57,222 nt of DNA, filler included, from Dirinaria sp. TL-2023a (GCA_051941275.1; 6 parts of 6 records of this genome joined end to end with filler, not necessarily neighbours in it); one strand, 5' to 3'; numbered from the whole stretch's first letter, positions 31,232-44,616 are shown. The notes: a model not told the origin generated them from the sequence alone. Made by a program: numbers and translations.

Positions 31232-32906
31232 TGCAATGAGCTGGGTCTGGATATGATAGGGTATAGTAACATAAAATCTGATTGATCCAGCACACTAGCA
31301 ATTGCATTTCAAAGTGCTACAGGCTTCGCCGCGGCTCAATTCCATGCAGCAGTTCCAGCTGTGTACCATCATTCATTGAGGCAGGTATGATAGACATCTT
31401 GATGCAGAGACCACTGAGGAATCGAGGAGACTAAAGAATCGCTACCAGGGTCGAATGTTTACGCATAGTCCGACGGTCACGACATGCCTCTTGCTCTTTC
31501 GTCTCATGGTCCCTTTCCATGATCTTACGCTCATTTCATATGTGCTGTATCGAAATCGGAAGAGTCGGCGACATTGAAGTCCTACTTGGCCTCTCTAGCC
31601 ATCCTTTTCACCATACAGCAGTGCCATGTGGGTATAGAGGTGGTAGCGCAGCCGATCTAGGCCGAACACATTTGTTTGCGATCATCTCGTCGAGTCGAGA
31701 GGTAGTATTGTAGGTAAGAAGGACAACGAACGTCAAACGATCTGGCTGCTGCGGTCAATGCCGGGCTAGTTGAAAGATGCTCGGCGTACCATGTATAACA
31801 CGAGCCGCACCAACCCAAATTGCGACCGACAGGAGGGCGCGCTCGTGCTCGGCGGGTAGCTCGCCAAGGGGTACCTGCAGTCACTTTGGTAATCTTAGGT
31901 TAGTCCTGGCATTGATAGTGCCCGCTTTCTGGCATTTCTCTGCGTCATCTTCTCTACACGTACTGTAAGATTTACTTCTGGCCATTTGGACGAGTGGTAC
32001 GCAGACACGCTAACAATCAACTTGGTGAGCATCGCAGGCCAGAACCATCTGTAGGCGACAGTTTTGGACAGCAATTCGAGCTGCTACGATCAAGGGACGT
32101 TTTCAGCCGCCAACAGGGCTTACGCGTAAGAGAGTTTCTCTCTCCAGCAGGGATTGTATCATATTGCAGAAGCCTTGGCAAAGCACAATTACTGTACTAC
32201 GTACAAGGGGGCCAAGCAAGAACAACCAGAAAGAGTGGGTAATTCGTGTGAATATCAACTATTCAGTTCTGGGACACTCGTCCCCTGGCAAAGAGACAAT
32301 CACTGGTACTGAGATTGAAAAGTGGCGAGACGACGGACCGACCGACTTCTAATATGCTCAATTCTAAATAGGGTCTTGGTGGTGCCGAGAGAGAGGCAAG
32401 TCTCACAGACGTTCGCTGGTCGTCCGTCTCTGATCGGGCCCGTTACTCTGGCCTCGAGTACCAGATTATCAACTGCCTTCTAATCTATGCTCTCCTGAAC
32501 TCTATGAATATACAAGAACCTCAACGATTACCATTCCTCGCTAAACGATACTCCTTTGAATGCGACGCTAACGAGCGTTGACTGTACAATACAAGTATAT
32601 CATAGCTGAGATACTAATTACATACTAGATTTACAGGATCCCAACAAATCGAGTCTTTCCGCTCTGCACCAACACCGGCGAATGCAAGATACGGCGTCAA
32701 ATCCGCTGATTAAGGTAGATGACGCCACCAATAATATGCGTTGACGATCAACAAAATCGTGTTCATGACGCTTCGTAACGACTTGGTGGGCTGAATAAAC
32801 TTTTGAGAAAATCATCCGAGCGACTTTTTATGCTTAAAAGGAGCTTGCACCCCTCTGCTTCAGTCAAAGCAGACTTACTTCTAAATCTCAGCCCGCCTGA
32901 GCTCCT

Positions 32907-34326
32907 TCACACATTGTCAAATGCACGAGGCGACTCTGTCAGACTTCTTGACCGGCTTTCATCCTCGTGGTGATTGATCTCAACTTCATAAGTTCTTCGA
33001 ATTCGATTCGGCGGCAGAATGTGCTCGACGCTGTCTGGTACGCTGTCTGGGACGCTCTCTGGCCTGACGAGATCAATCGTGTCCGTCGGATATGGCTCTT
33101 TCGGACCTTTCTTCTGCCGACCAGTTGAGTCTTTGGACACCTGCTGCAGCCTATAGCTACTTCCTCTTTGTCCACCGGAATTTTTTGCGTTGGTTGCTGA
33201 GCGACCCATCAAAAGTAGGAAGATGGGACGGAGTGTAGGAAGATTTGCCGCTATTATGATGAAGCTCGACTCAATACTGTGGAGGTGTCAGCCAATGGTA
33301 GTGGAGAGCTCGCTTTGCGGAAGAGAGGTACGTACGAGGTCCATATGAGGATATCAACGGTGGAGTCTGGCTATCGTTAGATATCTAATCGCCACGCTGT
33401 GTTGCTGCTCGTCGAACTCACATGTATAGTCTGACCGGTCATAGACGCCCTGAAGTCTGGTACATTTATAGATGGCGATTACGGTAGCACTACATCAAAC
33501 ATGAGCTCGGAAAGCTGACACGTTGGCCAGACAGTACTGACATAAGTCCAAGGCTCAATACTGCATTGAGGCCGACTTTTTTCCTTACGCTGATATTAAG
33601 CTTGTACAAAACAGCACATGGATACGCGGCGAGATAAGCATCCGTCGCTGCCGAGAAAGCTGCTCCCTGTCAAAACATTCTCTTGGATAAGCAACAGAAG
33701 ACAAGGACCTACCAGAGACAAAAGTGAACCAATTAATGGTGATCGAGGGTTTCCAGCATTTGCCTTTAACGTTAGGGTCCCAAGCAGTCTGGGGTGGATC
33801 GCACTGCCGCCAGAGCAGAATCACGCTGATGGTGGACCCAAGGATGACACCGATAGTCAGACAGTACATGAAATACTTCTGGAATTTGCTCGGGTTTAAA
33901 AGCCTGACCAACAGAACCGCGACTCCCAGTTTGGGGACAGAGAAAGACATAATGCCGGGAATGAAAGCGATTGTGTTCCATTTTACGGCGTTAGAAAACT
34001 TTTCAGGCCCTAGATAATACGCATGTCTCCCATTGCCTTCGTGAACGGCGACAACAATGAGGATTTGGTAGGTGAGATTGAAAAGCTAGATGGCGACAGA
34101 ATCAGCCTGGGTGGCATAGTGGCAGAGCGGCGACGATATTCACCATGCCAAGTACTATCCAGAAATCGTCCCATGCTGGGTTATAGGTTAATCGGAAACG
34201 GGTCAAGAGTCGAAGGGAAACGGTGAACAAGGCAATGGAGGTGAAGACCCAGGTCACTATCTCAACCGCGGTGCCTCGATTTCTGTCACCACCAGGCGGC
34301 GCAGGCAGATTCGGGGTGCCTGACAT
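32907..34326 (-). CDS. Second PTH11-like / rhodopsin-domain 7-TM protein, multi-exon
   Basis: PPGGDRNRG..LRLLTRFRLTYNPAWDDFW, VPKLGVAVLLVRL, QCDPPQTAWDPNVKGKCW, DRSDYT, IESSFIIIAANLPTLRP, hydrophilic C-terminal tail. Confidence 0.88.
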
Positions 34327-35410
34327 GGTTGAGGAACTTTAGACGTCCAGAGGCTAAAGAGCGAAGATGGCCGCCACGAACCTTTTTCTGTGTGGAGAGT
34401 TTTCGGTAGGGGCTGAGTGGCTTCGTTAGTGTGCTCGGGTCTGTAAGTCTTCCACGAAGCGCAAGCGTCGTGTCGCTGATGACGCCCGTGACCGCAGAGT
34501 GCATCATCCGTGCCTCCACCAGCGAGATGCTGAAATCGCTGTTTCCACAACGTCCGGAGCGCAGTGCCAATCACAAGAGCTCCACCTGAAAGCACTCCAG
34601 CAGGTGATACGGTCGCGTCTGTCCGTGCGTCTGCATTGAGCGACGTCGGCACTCGGGGAGCTGGTGCATAATCAAACGAGTAGCGCGTGCATAAGTGTCT
34701 TGAATCTTTGGCAGGACAGGATTGCCCCGTCCCAAAGAGGAAGAGAAAAAGAAAAGAACAAAAGGAAAAAAGGCAAGAAATGAGAAAAGGGGACAAAATT
34801 CCGAGTCAAACGCGCTGTTGATTGGAGACTTCTACACTGGAACCTTGTTTCCAAAACGCTATTTTTCGTTTTGAATATTCCTTCCGCTACTAACCCCGGG
34901 TATGTACCAACGTGGCTCGGCAATGATGAAGACCCCGATTTTCAACGTTGAAAAGGATGGGATCGTCGTCAATTTCCCATCCGTCGTCCCAAAGCCGTTT
35001 CACCGGCCCTTGTGTAATCGTGATCCACGGTTACAAGGAAGAATGGAGTGCAGTCGCAACACCCGTCTGGCGCTACTGTATTCCATAACCCCGTACGAGT
35101 ACAGTACGCTGTGACGCTGGCTCGATTTTTGCCAAGCAGTCCGGAGAATTATGCACACCATATGAGCAGCGCCGAGCGAGATGGAAAAAGAGGCCGAATC
35201 GCGATTTCGCTCTCACCCTCTCGATTCGATTCGGTTCGTCGTTGGGGGCGTACTACTGCGAAATCTCTCTCTTGGGGTCGGAGATTGCTTGATGCTGACA
35301 GGCTCGACAGGCTAGCACATACATGCTTTAGTAAGTTAGTACATCCCTTAGAAGCGTTAGCCGGGACCGAGGCGGGCCGACAGTCCCCGCATGACGGTTG
35401 AGCCGAAAAG

Positions 35411-35456
35411 ATCCCTGGTTGAATCCCTGGTTGAATCCCTGGTTGGATCCCTGGTT
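35411..35456. repeat. 12-bp tandem repeat (ATCCCTGGTTGA) x~4
   Basis: atccctggttga atccctggttga atccctggttgg atccctggtt. Confidence 0.9.
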
Positions 35457-36250
35457 CAATGACAATCCCTTCAAATCCCTTCACTCTCGTCGATCCTGGT
35501 CATGCCGACTTCTTGTCGTTCTTCTAGATGCATTAGCAGCTTCCTTCCTTGGTAAGCAAGAGAATCCTTCAAAGCTGCTATCCGCACTTGCACGTGGAGT
35601 GATCAAACTCAATAATGAATTGGGAACGGGTACTCCGTAGGCAGAGTTGGAGCTATACCTATCCAAGCAAACTGACATACATATGTACAGTACTGTATGT
35701 CCCGCCCATGCTGTGACGCTGGTTCCTTCGTATGGAGGGAACGTAAAGTGCGGAACATTGGGGAACTCCTTCCACGCTGTGCTTTATTAATGCGGCTTTT
35801 ATTACTTCGTCGTCAGCTTACGAGTGCGGTTCGGAAATGCTCCGCATTTCTGTGAACACAGATTCATCGTCCTCGTTGTCGCTACCTTCGGACGTGTCCC
35901 GATCAGTGAGGGCAAAAAAGGTTTACAGATCTTTCCTAGACCGTAATAACGGACCGCATGGCAAAATCATCGGATGAAGGCGATTCCCCCCTGGCAGCTG
36001 ATTGGCCCGACCCGAGTCGTTGCCTCGGTGGCTGCCTTGTGGCGGCACGCCCCCTAGCGGAAGCGAAGATGAGCCAAGCGGAGAATGTTATCGCAGTGGA
36101 GTGTCGCTGCAAGCCGCCCTAGATGGCATTCAGCTCGTTTATAAAGTCGTCTGGCGCTTCCACCACCTTCGTCATCGTTTGTTCGGCGACTTTGGGTGAA
36201 ATCTTTCTTGGCGCTAAGTTCTATCTTTGCCCTCAATTGCTCTATTCGTG

Positions 36251-37717
36251 ATGAACTCCACACTTTATGATATCCCCGCCTTAGTGGAGAAAATCAATAG
36301 TACGAGCAACAACATAAGCAAGGACGGCGAAGATGCGCGACGACAGTGTTTAGATGCTGCACGGGGCCTCTGTATGGCCTTGCAAACGCCTGTGGAGTCA
36401 ATATGGAACTGCTGGGCTGGGGTGTGTGGAAATTCTGCTGCTTGGGAATTCTCCTGTTGATCAATAGCTTGAAATATTAGCAAACACATTACTCGGCCCT
36501 GCGTACTGGGATCCAATTGGAACTCTTCCACCGATTGGACGAAGGCAACGGGACTCCCAAAAGCAGCACTGAACTTGCCAAAGCAACAGGCGCAGATCCG
36601 ATTCTTATGCGTGGGTCACAGCGATACTCGAGCCGGCGCGTTGGCTCACCTGGACCGTACCTTTTGCTGACGAGCCCATAGGGCGGCTACTGAAGCATTT
36701 GAACTCGATGGGGACTATTTACGAGACTGGGCCTAATGAATACATTTCAACTCCGATATCTAAATCGCTGAAAGAGCCCGTGCATCGAGACGCCTATCCT
36801 ACCATGTCCGCGCTTGCCCACTACCCGGCTTATCACGTCAAGAGCTAACTCTTTTGACAGGGTCGAGCAGGGCGGTCCCGCTATATTTGCGCTACCAGAA
36901 TTTCTGGCCAAGACCCAATATAAGAACCCTGAAGACCCAGCAGATAGTGCGTTTACACTCGGCCACGGCACAAAGGATCAATTCTTCGTATGGTTAACCT
37001 CCCGTCCGGAACGCCTATCCCAATTTCAAAACCACATGACAGGGAAAGCCCAAGGCCGGTCGAGTTGGATGGATCCTCACTTCTTCCCGGTTGAAGAGCG
37101 CCTCGTCAAAGGCGCGAAAACGGGGGAAGATGCAGTATTCCTGGTAGACATAGGTGGCGGAAAAGGCCACGACTTGGCGGAACTTCACCAAAAGCACCCG
37201 AATTTGCCAGGCAAACTGGTACTCCAGGACCATCCAGACGTGATCAAAGAAGCTGAAGCATCGGGTCTGGACAAGAAGATCGTACCGATGGGATACGACT
37301 TCTTTACCCCGCAGACCCTTATCGGTATGAATATCCACACCCGTGCTTTTTTAGAGAAAAGAGGGGTGAAAGGCTCGTTTCGCTGATATTTTTGATTGAC
37401 TAGGTGCGCGAGCATACTTCATGCATACTGTTCTGCACGACTGGCCTGATTCGAAAGCCCATGAGATTCTCACGAACCTCAAGCCCGGCCTGACGAAAGG
37501 ATATAGCAAATTGCTGATCCATGAGATTGTGATCCTGGATCAAAAGGCCCATTGGATGGATACCGCGATGGATCTGATCATGATGTCTGTGTTCTCGTCA
37601 ACCGAGCGCACAGAGGAAGACTGGCATTCGCTGCTGGAAGGAGCAGGGTATAAGATTGTTCGGATATGGTATGCTGAGCCGGGCACGGACGCTCTCATTG
37701 AGGCTGAATTGGCTTAA
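36251..37717 (+). CDS. SAM-dependent O-methyltransferase (COMT/Methyltransf_2 type, secondary metabolism), multi-exon
   Basis: N-terminal ARRQCLDAARGLCMALQTP and ELAKATGADP dimerisation region; SAM motif LVDIGGGKGHD; VLQD, YDFFTPQ, YFMHTVLHDWPD (catalytic His), ERTEEDW, LIEAELA*. Confidence 0.92.
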
Positions 37718-38135
37718 GAAGTGTCTTGATCGATAGAGGACACTTTTCTAGCCACAAGTCTGCGGTTTATCAAAAAAGGATATCCATTTTAGATGATGCG
37801 AGAAACGATTTGCTACACGATGATCGTTGTCCGGAAGAAAAGAGTATCGTTACTGGATTAGAGAAGTACAGTTTACGGTCACCCTCAAAACCCCCTTTTA
37901 CAATTCTGCCTCTCCCCCGCCTAATGTAACTTTTCTCTACTCTACCGTATCTTACTTCACATTACTCTCTCCGCCCCCCCTTTCCCCTCTCCCCAATCAA
38001 AACACAAAAAAAATCTCGATATAGTCGAGTCGCTTCGCTTCGCTTACTCCCCGATACTTAAGCGCCTACTTAGGCCCACATAACGTCATACCTTAACCTT
38101 ATAGTAAGTACTTCTCATGAACATCACTATGAAGT

Positions 38136-38235
38136 NNNNNNNNNNNNNNNNNNNNNNNNNNNNNNNNNNNNNNNNNNNNTTAATTAATTAANNNNNNNNN
38201 NNNNNNNNNNNNNNNNNNNNNNNNNNNNNNNNNNN
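38136..38235. other. Artificial contig linker
   Basis: 44 N + TTAATTAATTAA + 44 N. Confidence 0.98.
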
Positions 38236-38798
38236 ACATGGTCATGTAAAGGCGTAAGGATAGCGAGTTGATTATGATTGAACAGGTTATGTCAGGGGCG
38301 ATGGAAGGGTTGGTGGGTGGTAGGATATGTGGAAGTGTCTATCAGCCGGTGTTTAGTTTATAATGAGGGAATGATATATCGTTGAAAAAAATATCTGAAG
38401 TAAGAAGCGGTCAGCTTGATTGTTGGACGGAGAGCACAGGACGACTGGGCTGGCGATTAATGTTTCAGTGGCCTGCAATTAAGTTAGATGCGGATTTGAA
38501 ACGGAGGGAACAAGGATTGTACTCACCATCAAGAGCCCTTGGTGTGGCATTTGTGGGCCTTAAAATCAAATCATTATCATCGCCTCCATAGTCTGTAGTG
38601 ATATAGTTGCTTGATGACATACTCGTAGAGCCAAAAAAGCTGTAAGACATTACGAATGAGGGCCATTACAGCCTCGAATCACGGTGGCGCGTGAGCATCC
38701 CGAGATTGACCTAGAAGCACGCGCCTGAGAATCAAAGACACGTATCGTAGGCCAAACATACAAGGCAATGGATGGGCAATTCAAAAGTTCCAAATAAC

Positions 38799-39006
38799 AA
38801 AAAGATTCATCAGGTCCTCGAGAGCAACCCTTCAACTCTCGATTTCCGTGACTATAGAAACCCTCCTCTGGCCACCACAGCCGTCGGAAGTTTGCTGTGG
38901 AAATGTAGGACATCGGCGCGGTTCGAACACTCCACCTCTCAGCACTCCATCCTTTTATAGGAGTCTGTTGTGGTCTTGACCCTTAAACTATCGAGGATTT
39001 GTTAGT
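38799..39006 (-). ncRNA. Putative Pol III-transcribed structured ncRNA with a tRNA-like head, copy 1 (family unidentified)
   Basis: Clearly homologous to 52099-52310. On the minus strand: A-box-like TAGTTTAAGGG (38990-38980), B-box-like GTTCGAACC (38928-38920), 5' TCCTCGA complementary to 3' TCGAGGA, T5 run at 38803-38799. Confidence 0.6.
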
Positions 39007-40610
39007 GGGAAACAAGGTTTATTTACCCCTATAGAAAATGATCAGGGATGCAGGACATGGCAATAATGCTCTGCTAATCATTTACCACGACAAATCGTTA
39101 CATAATCTTATGGTTTATTATTTCTTTTGCCTTTCGACTTTTCGTATGAGAAAATGGACTTTGACAAAGTCTGAGAAGGTGGGTAACGGCTCAGGCTTCT
39201 CTAAGAAGATATGTGACCCACTCTTACGCTCTTGACAATACCTCAAATTCTTTGCCTTCACTCTACACATACGCTTCGATTTCTTTGCTTTTACTCATAC
39301 TACCAGTGCATGTTTCAAAGGCTGCACGTCATTACTCTCAATCATCTTCGTGCCCATGATCGTATGATGGTTTCTATGAGACGAGCGTTTCTTCCCAAGC
39401 CAACACCACATTTGAGCAGGAAAGAGGCTCAAAGAGCTTTGACGTGGAGTCGGTCTGTCCTGAGTGATTGGCATCCGCAGATCTATATCTTTAGCTTTGG
39501 GGAAAGATGTGTCTTGTTGGCGAATTATGCTGATTAAGAGCTGTATTAGAAGACGACTGACAAGCGCTGTATCGTATCGTCTTTCTCTGAATGCATGGCA
39601 CATTTCATATATACCTCGAGTGCTACTTGAAGCAGGCATTACAGGTGTTACCATGTGATAGATATCATGCAAAACTCAAGTATCTTGGAAGCTAAGAACA
39701 AATTCCAGGCATTATTAACGCCGTGCCGATGCCCGGCCGTACTGTGCATGTCAGATCGTTTTGCATATCGTTTCAGTTATTCCGTTATGGAAACATGTTT
39801 GCGTGTCTCGGTGATACGAGCTGGAGAAATATGGAAAGAAGAGGAAGATTACAGACGATAAACTGCACAGATTGTGAGCGATAAGTTTGAAGGTTGAAAT
39901 TAAACTCCCAATATTAACTAATCTCCAAAGCTTACTGGCGTATTCATGTTCTTCAACTGGTCAACTTTCTAGAATATGGCTGATGCGAATTTTGAATCTC
40001 TCACTGGCAATGATTCCACTTCCTTCTTCGGCATCTACTTGAGTCGTCAGTGCATGGATTGGGTGTTTATTGTACATGAACGCAGCTCAAACCCCTTCCA
40101 TCGATTATAGCTTCCTTCAAGTTGTTCTGTGTAGGCGAGCGATACCTGCGGACAGCATCGTGGCATATAAGTGGTCGTCTAACAACGCTGGGTGATATCG
40201 AGGGCCCGTTTGCGTGACTATTATACTAGATTGCGAGAGGGCCAAGATGTATGACCTGTCGATATTCAAGCTTCATCCGTTCACACTTTTTTTTCAGTAT
40301 CTTGCTAGGTGTGCCGGACTCCTGTTATACTGTCCTTGATTGTCTGGCATCTTTTTCATTCAACCTGCTGAAGCCGTGATCTCTCATCAACTTTTTTCAG
40401 TCGCATCTCGGCATAACTTCGGGCTCGGCTCCTTCGATGACTAAGCATACTAGCGTGTCATTGCGTGACGTCAGATTTTGCAGACACTTGGCCATCAGCC
40501 AAATGCACAAGTAAACAGAGGATTCACTTCTCCTCATCAGCCTGTTGTCCTTCAGGCATGCAGGCCTGATTGGGCCAGTCGAATGAAACTGTTCTAATGA
40601 GTATCGAGAT

Positions 40611-43600
40611 CTAAGAGAATACAACGCCCTCATGTTTTCTGCTCTCGAATTGCTCATGGGATCTGGCTGCCGCCAACGCCTGCCAACGTCTGATGAGTCG
40701 GCCATCCATCGCTGCAGCTTCCTTTTCTTCGACATGTCGTTTGATAAGCTCTATGTCAAATCCACTTTGCCTGATCCTCGCCTGACGCACCGGATCTCGC
40801 ATCTTGACAGTGTGGCTATCTTGCTTCACAGACCCATTGACACCTTGTCCGCCGAATACCGATACCAGTATTCCATTTAAAAATCCAAGTATGAGACTTA
40901 TCAAGCTGGTCACATTACACAGCGTGTGAACCCAATCTAGCGGCGTGGAAGCTGCCTGCCATCGTTTGGCCCAATCTATACGAGGTTGCAAGTCCAAATC
41001 CTCCCAACTCAAGATTTCGCACGACGCCAGGCACGCAGCGGCAGCACCTGAGAGCGGCAATCCGGACTCCGTGTGTTGCCAGTGTGCTGTTAGCGCTGGA
41101 ATCACGGAGCAAGATGCATTCATCTCCGGCGGCGCCAGCTCTCGCTCAATCACGTCTGCCGCCACGTCGGCTCCGTTCCCCTCCGCCTGGACTCGCATGG
41201 CTATCTTTGCGCAGCGCTCACGATACCTATTCGAAAGAAGGTCCCGTAGACTGGCTGCTAGCTCTTGCGCAATGAGGGTGCGGACTTCCAGAGGCGGTGG
41301 ACCTAGCCCCAGTTCATAGACCTTGGCGGCCCAAAAATACTGGTCGAGCAGGAACGGTACGAGCAGCATCGGTACGCCCGCTGTCAGGCCTGCAGCGGTG
41401 TGTCCTGCGCCACCATGGTGAACGAAGCCGTCCACATGAGGAAGGAGCCAACTGTGTGGAATGGAGTCGGCGAGATAAAGGTGGGGAGGAATAGCGATGC
41501 CCTTCTCGAGTTTTGCAGACCAGCTTCTACACACGACAGCCGTTGCTTCGTTTCTTGCAACAGCGGACGATAGAGTGGAGAGGAGTTTGAGAGGGTCAGT
41601 GATAGTCATTGAGCCGAAGCTAATGGCGAGGACGGGCTTGTCTGTTTCCAGGAACGCCTTCAGTGAGTCAGGCGGCGTGTATTGCGTCTCTTGGTCTAGG
41701 GACGTGTAGCCTCCGATTGCGACGTTCTGACCCCATTCCGATGGTCTGGGAAGGATATGGGAGGACCATAAACATACAGTGGGTAATCTGGCCTGTAGAA
41801 AGTCTCTCGTGGCCCAGGCCCAAGAAAGGGAACGCATTCCATACTCTCTAACACGGAGGTGGTTGAGAAACGACCCAAGGGCCAGCCAATTCCTACCACA
41901 GTTAGCTTCGGATCCCACAAGAGCTGCGTCCGTCAACGGAGACAGGCCGGGGTACTGACAAAAGATCCAAGCAAAAGTACAATGTGTAGTTCCACCATCG
42001 ACCCGGAGAGAACGTTGGCTTCGTCATGGTCAACACTGGAGGGAAATCTCTCGTTGGAAGAGCTGGCTGCGCCGAGATAAGCACGAGAGGAATTTGGAGC
42101 TTCTCAGCTGTATGAACATGTACTGTGGTAGCCGCGCTCGAAACGACTACGTCGGCTAAAAAGGGGCGTTTGTCTAAAATGGGATCCTTCTTGTCGCTGA
42201 CTTGCATCCGGTGTGTCGCAGCGCCAGGGTTGTCTATGCCAGCCTGCCAAAATCTCCGGAATGTAAGGCACAACGACCGTCGCAGCGTAGTAAGGTCGCC
42301 ATTGAGGATTGACAGCCAAACATTGGGCTCCCGGCCGAGGATACGAGCAAAATCGTCCGGGCTGCCACCCACATCGTAGAACTCGAACCCATATTTTTCC
42401 ACCAGGGCCTGATGGGTAGGATGCGTGGCAACGCGCACACGGCACCCTTGCAGTCTTTCAGCGATGCTAAGGAAGACTTGGATATCTCCGCGGCTGCCGA
42501 GCACCATGAGAAGAACACTTGGGCGGCACAACTCTGATACGATGTGAGGTGCAAGCTGTAGACCCTGCTCAGCTGTCTGCGTTTCTTGGTGGCGTGAGCA
42601 ATCGAGGTATCGGGCCAACGCCTGGATAGGGAAAAGATGGTGATAGAACGGGTATCCAAGATACAAGACGTTGGGAAAGCCCGTCCCTACGTACATTTCA
42701 AACGACCAGGTGGCGCCTTCGCGCTTTCTGTAGTGCTCTGTCTCGCCGCTCTGGTTTGAGACCAGCCATCGCATGCCGTTCTCAATAGCTGGGTCAGACG
42801 ATGGACGGAACCGTAGCAAGGAATCGACAGCCCACGCTGTCTGCGCAGCCGTGCTTATACCTATCCCAGCCAGACTAGGATCCACATAAGATTGCAGCGT
42901 CTCGCCCCAGCCTCCGTCCTTATTCTGGCAGTTTTCCAGCCAACGCACGCCGCGCATGGCCGCTCTATGTGCATCGGCATCGCTTTGGAAGAACCAAGAA
43001 AGACCACGAAGGACATTGGTGGAGCCATAATTGTAATTGTTTCCCCAGCGGCCCCACCATTCGCCCGTGGCTTTTTGTTCTTTCATCAAGAATTCGAGTC
43101 CCTTTTTCCATGATACCTGCAGGCGATCCCTGAGCGGGCGGTTCAGACGCCCACCCTTCCGCCGCGCGAGCAACAGCCCGAAGCATTCTAACAGCCGCCC
43201 TGTGACATCCGCGGTACTTGGGTCCACGAGGCTATCCATATCACTGAAAGGAATCTTGTGCAGCCAGCGTGCGTCATTATTGATGTCGAAGGCTCCCCAA
43301 CCACCGTCGCGGTTCTGCATGCCCAGCAGCCATTCGAGGGCATTTGAGATGCATTCAGAATTGATACACCCAGGATCCTGCTTTACTAAAGTCATCACAA
43401 CGACTGCTGTGTCGTCTGTATCCGGATACCACGTGTTGTGATACTCGAAGCTCCAACCACCCGCCTGCGAGGTGTTGGCATAGAGGCGCCAGTCGCCATG
43501 AGGAACCATCAGTTGTGCTGCGCGAAGCCACTCCGTTGCTCGGATCACGCGCTTATCCTCTCGCAAGCCTGCGTCGCATAGTCCGTTCACCATCAGTGTC

Positions 43601-44616
43601 GTGTCCCAAACAGGTGAAACTGTTGATTGCAGCCATTTTCCACGCGGGTCGTTGATGGCCAGGCGTTCTATCGCTTCTAGTCCAAGGCGTACCGCCTTAT
43701 GGTGTAGTGGAAAGCCTTCCAATATCAATGCCCACACGCTGCCATGCATGGGCGGGAAGAAGCCTGCCCAATCGCCCGCCTCCTCTTGGTGCTCTAAGAG
43801 CCACTCAATGCACCGTTTCAGAGAAAGGTCTCGCATCGGTCCCCTTTTGAGGCCTCCAAGCTGGATTAAGACCTTATCCCCCAGCGTAAACCCGAACTTG
43901 ATTATATCCCGATCACGTCCCCAGAACAGATCCCACAGCGGCGGCGCATACGGCACATGTTTCCGTGTGGGGTCGCACCACAGCTCGTCCAGGAAATCGT
44001 TGTCTTCACTACGGCCGTTCGGCAATGCGTACACGGGTTCGTGGTGGCGCACCACCAGTATTGGAATCAGCGTGCTGCGTGACCATGATGAAAGCACATA
44101 GATATTAAGAGGGGCCCAGTCTGGCAGCAGGATCAACTCCGCTGGCATCTGAGGGATAGCAGCCCAGGGAACCAGCCCGAATGTAGCGAGAAAGAAGCGC
44201 GTGAAGAAGCGTACTTTAGCGATGCCGCCGCTGCGGAGCACAAACGCGCACGCCCGTCTCATAGCCTCGTGCGACGCCGGTACACCAAGGATTTTGAGAG
44301 CAAGGTACGACTCGACGGTGGTGGATAGGTTGCCCCCGAGTCGAGGTGCCAGGCCCCATGATCCATCCGCGTTTTGGTCGTTGAGGAGCCATCGCTGCAG
44401 AGCAGGCCCATCGTCAGCTAAGGAGAGTCCCGGTATGGCATACTTGAACATAATATACTGCGCCGTGAAGGTTGCATCGGCAGAGACTGGGGCAACCCAA
44501 TGACCGTCTGGTTGCTGGCAGCTCATCGAAAACTCGATAGCTCGCTGCAGCGACTTGCGGACACCTTCCCTGAGTTGTCCCTCGCCTTGCGGTTTTTCCA
44601 TGTTGGAGGACTGCAT
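40611..44616 (-). CDS. efuA: Squalene-hopene-type triterpene cyclase fused to a GT1/sterol-glucosyltransferase-like domain (EfuA/FsoA-like triterpene glycoside synthase); exons 44616-41960 and 41892-40611, ~1312 aa
   Basis: Cyclase: QW repeats (CQQPDGHW, DQNADGSWG, MQNRDGGWGAF, CQNKDGGWGE), SPVWDT, catalytic WYPDTDDTA, GTGFP..YLGYPFYHHLFP. GT: GSRGDIQVF, RVRVATH, ISFGSM, HSWLLPHVDGFVHHGGAGHTAAGL..VPFLLDQYFWA. A 67-bp GT-AG intron with GCTAAC branch point joins the two ORFs in frame (3939 nt). Confidence 0.93.

Noticed and set aside
38815..38997. Canonical tRNA, TPP riboswitch (GCTGAGAGG), hammerhead (CTGATGA) or intron 3' end (ACTAAC..TAG) as the explanation of the repeated element
   Set aside because: No conserved anticodon or T stem; no TPP P4/P5 consensus; CTGATGA is CTGGTGA in copy 2; no conserved reading frame follows the apparent acceptor.
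39360..40600. Possible pseudogene or additional cluster gene downstream of the cyclase-GT gene
   Set aside because: Only short ORFs with no motif I recognise; a translated homology search would be needed.
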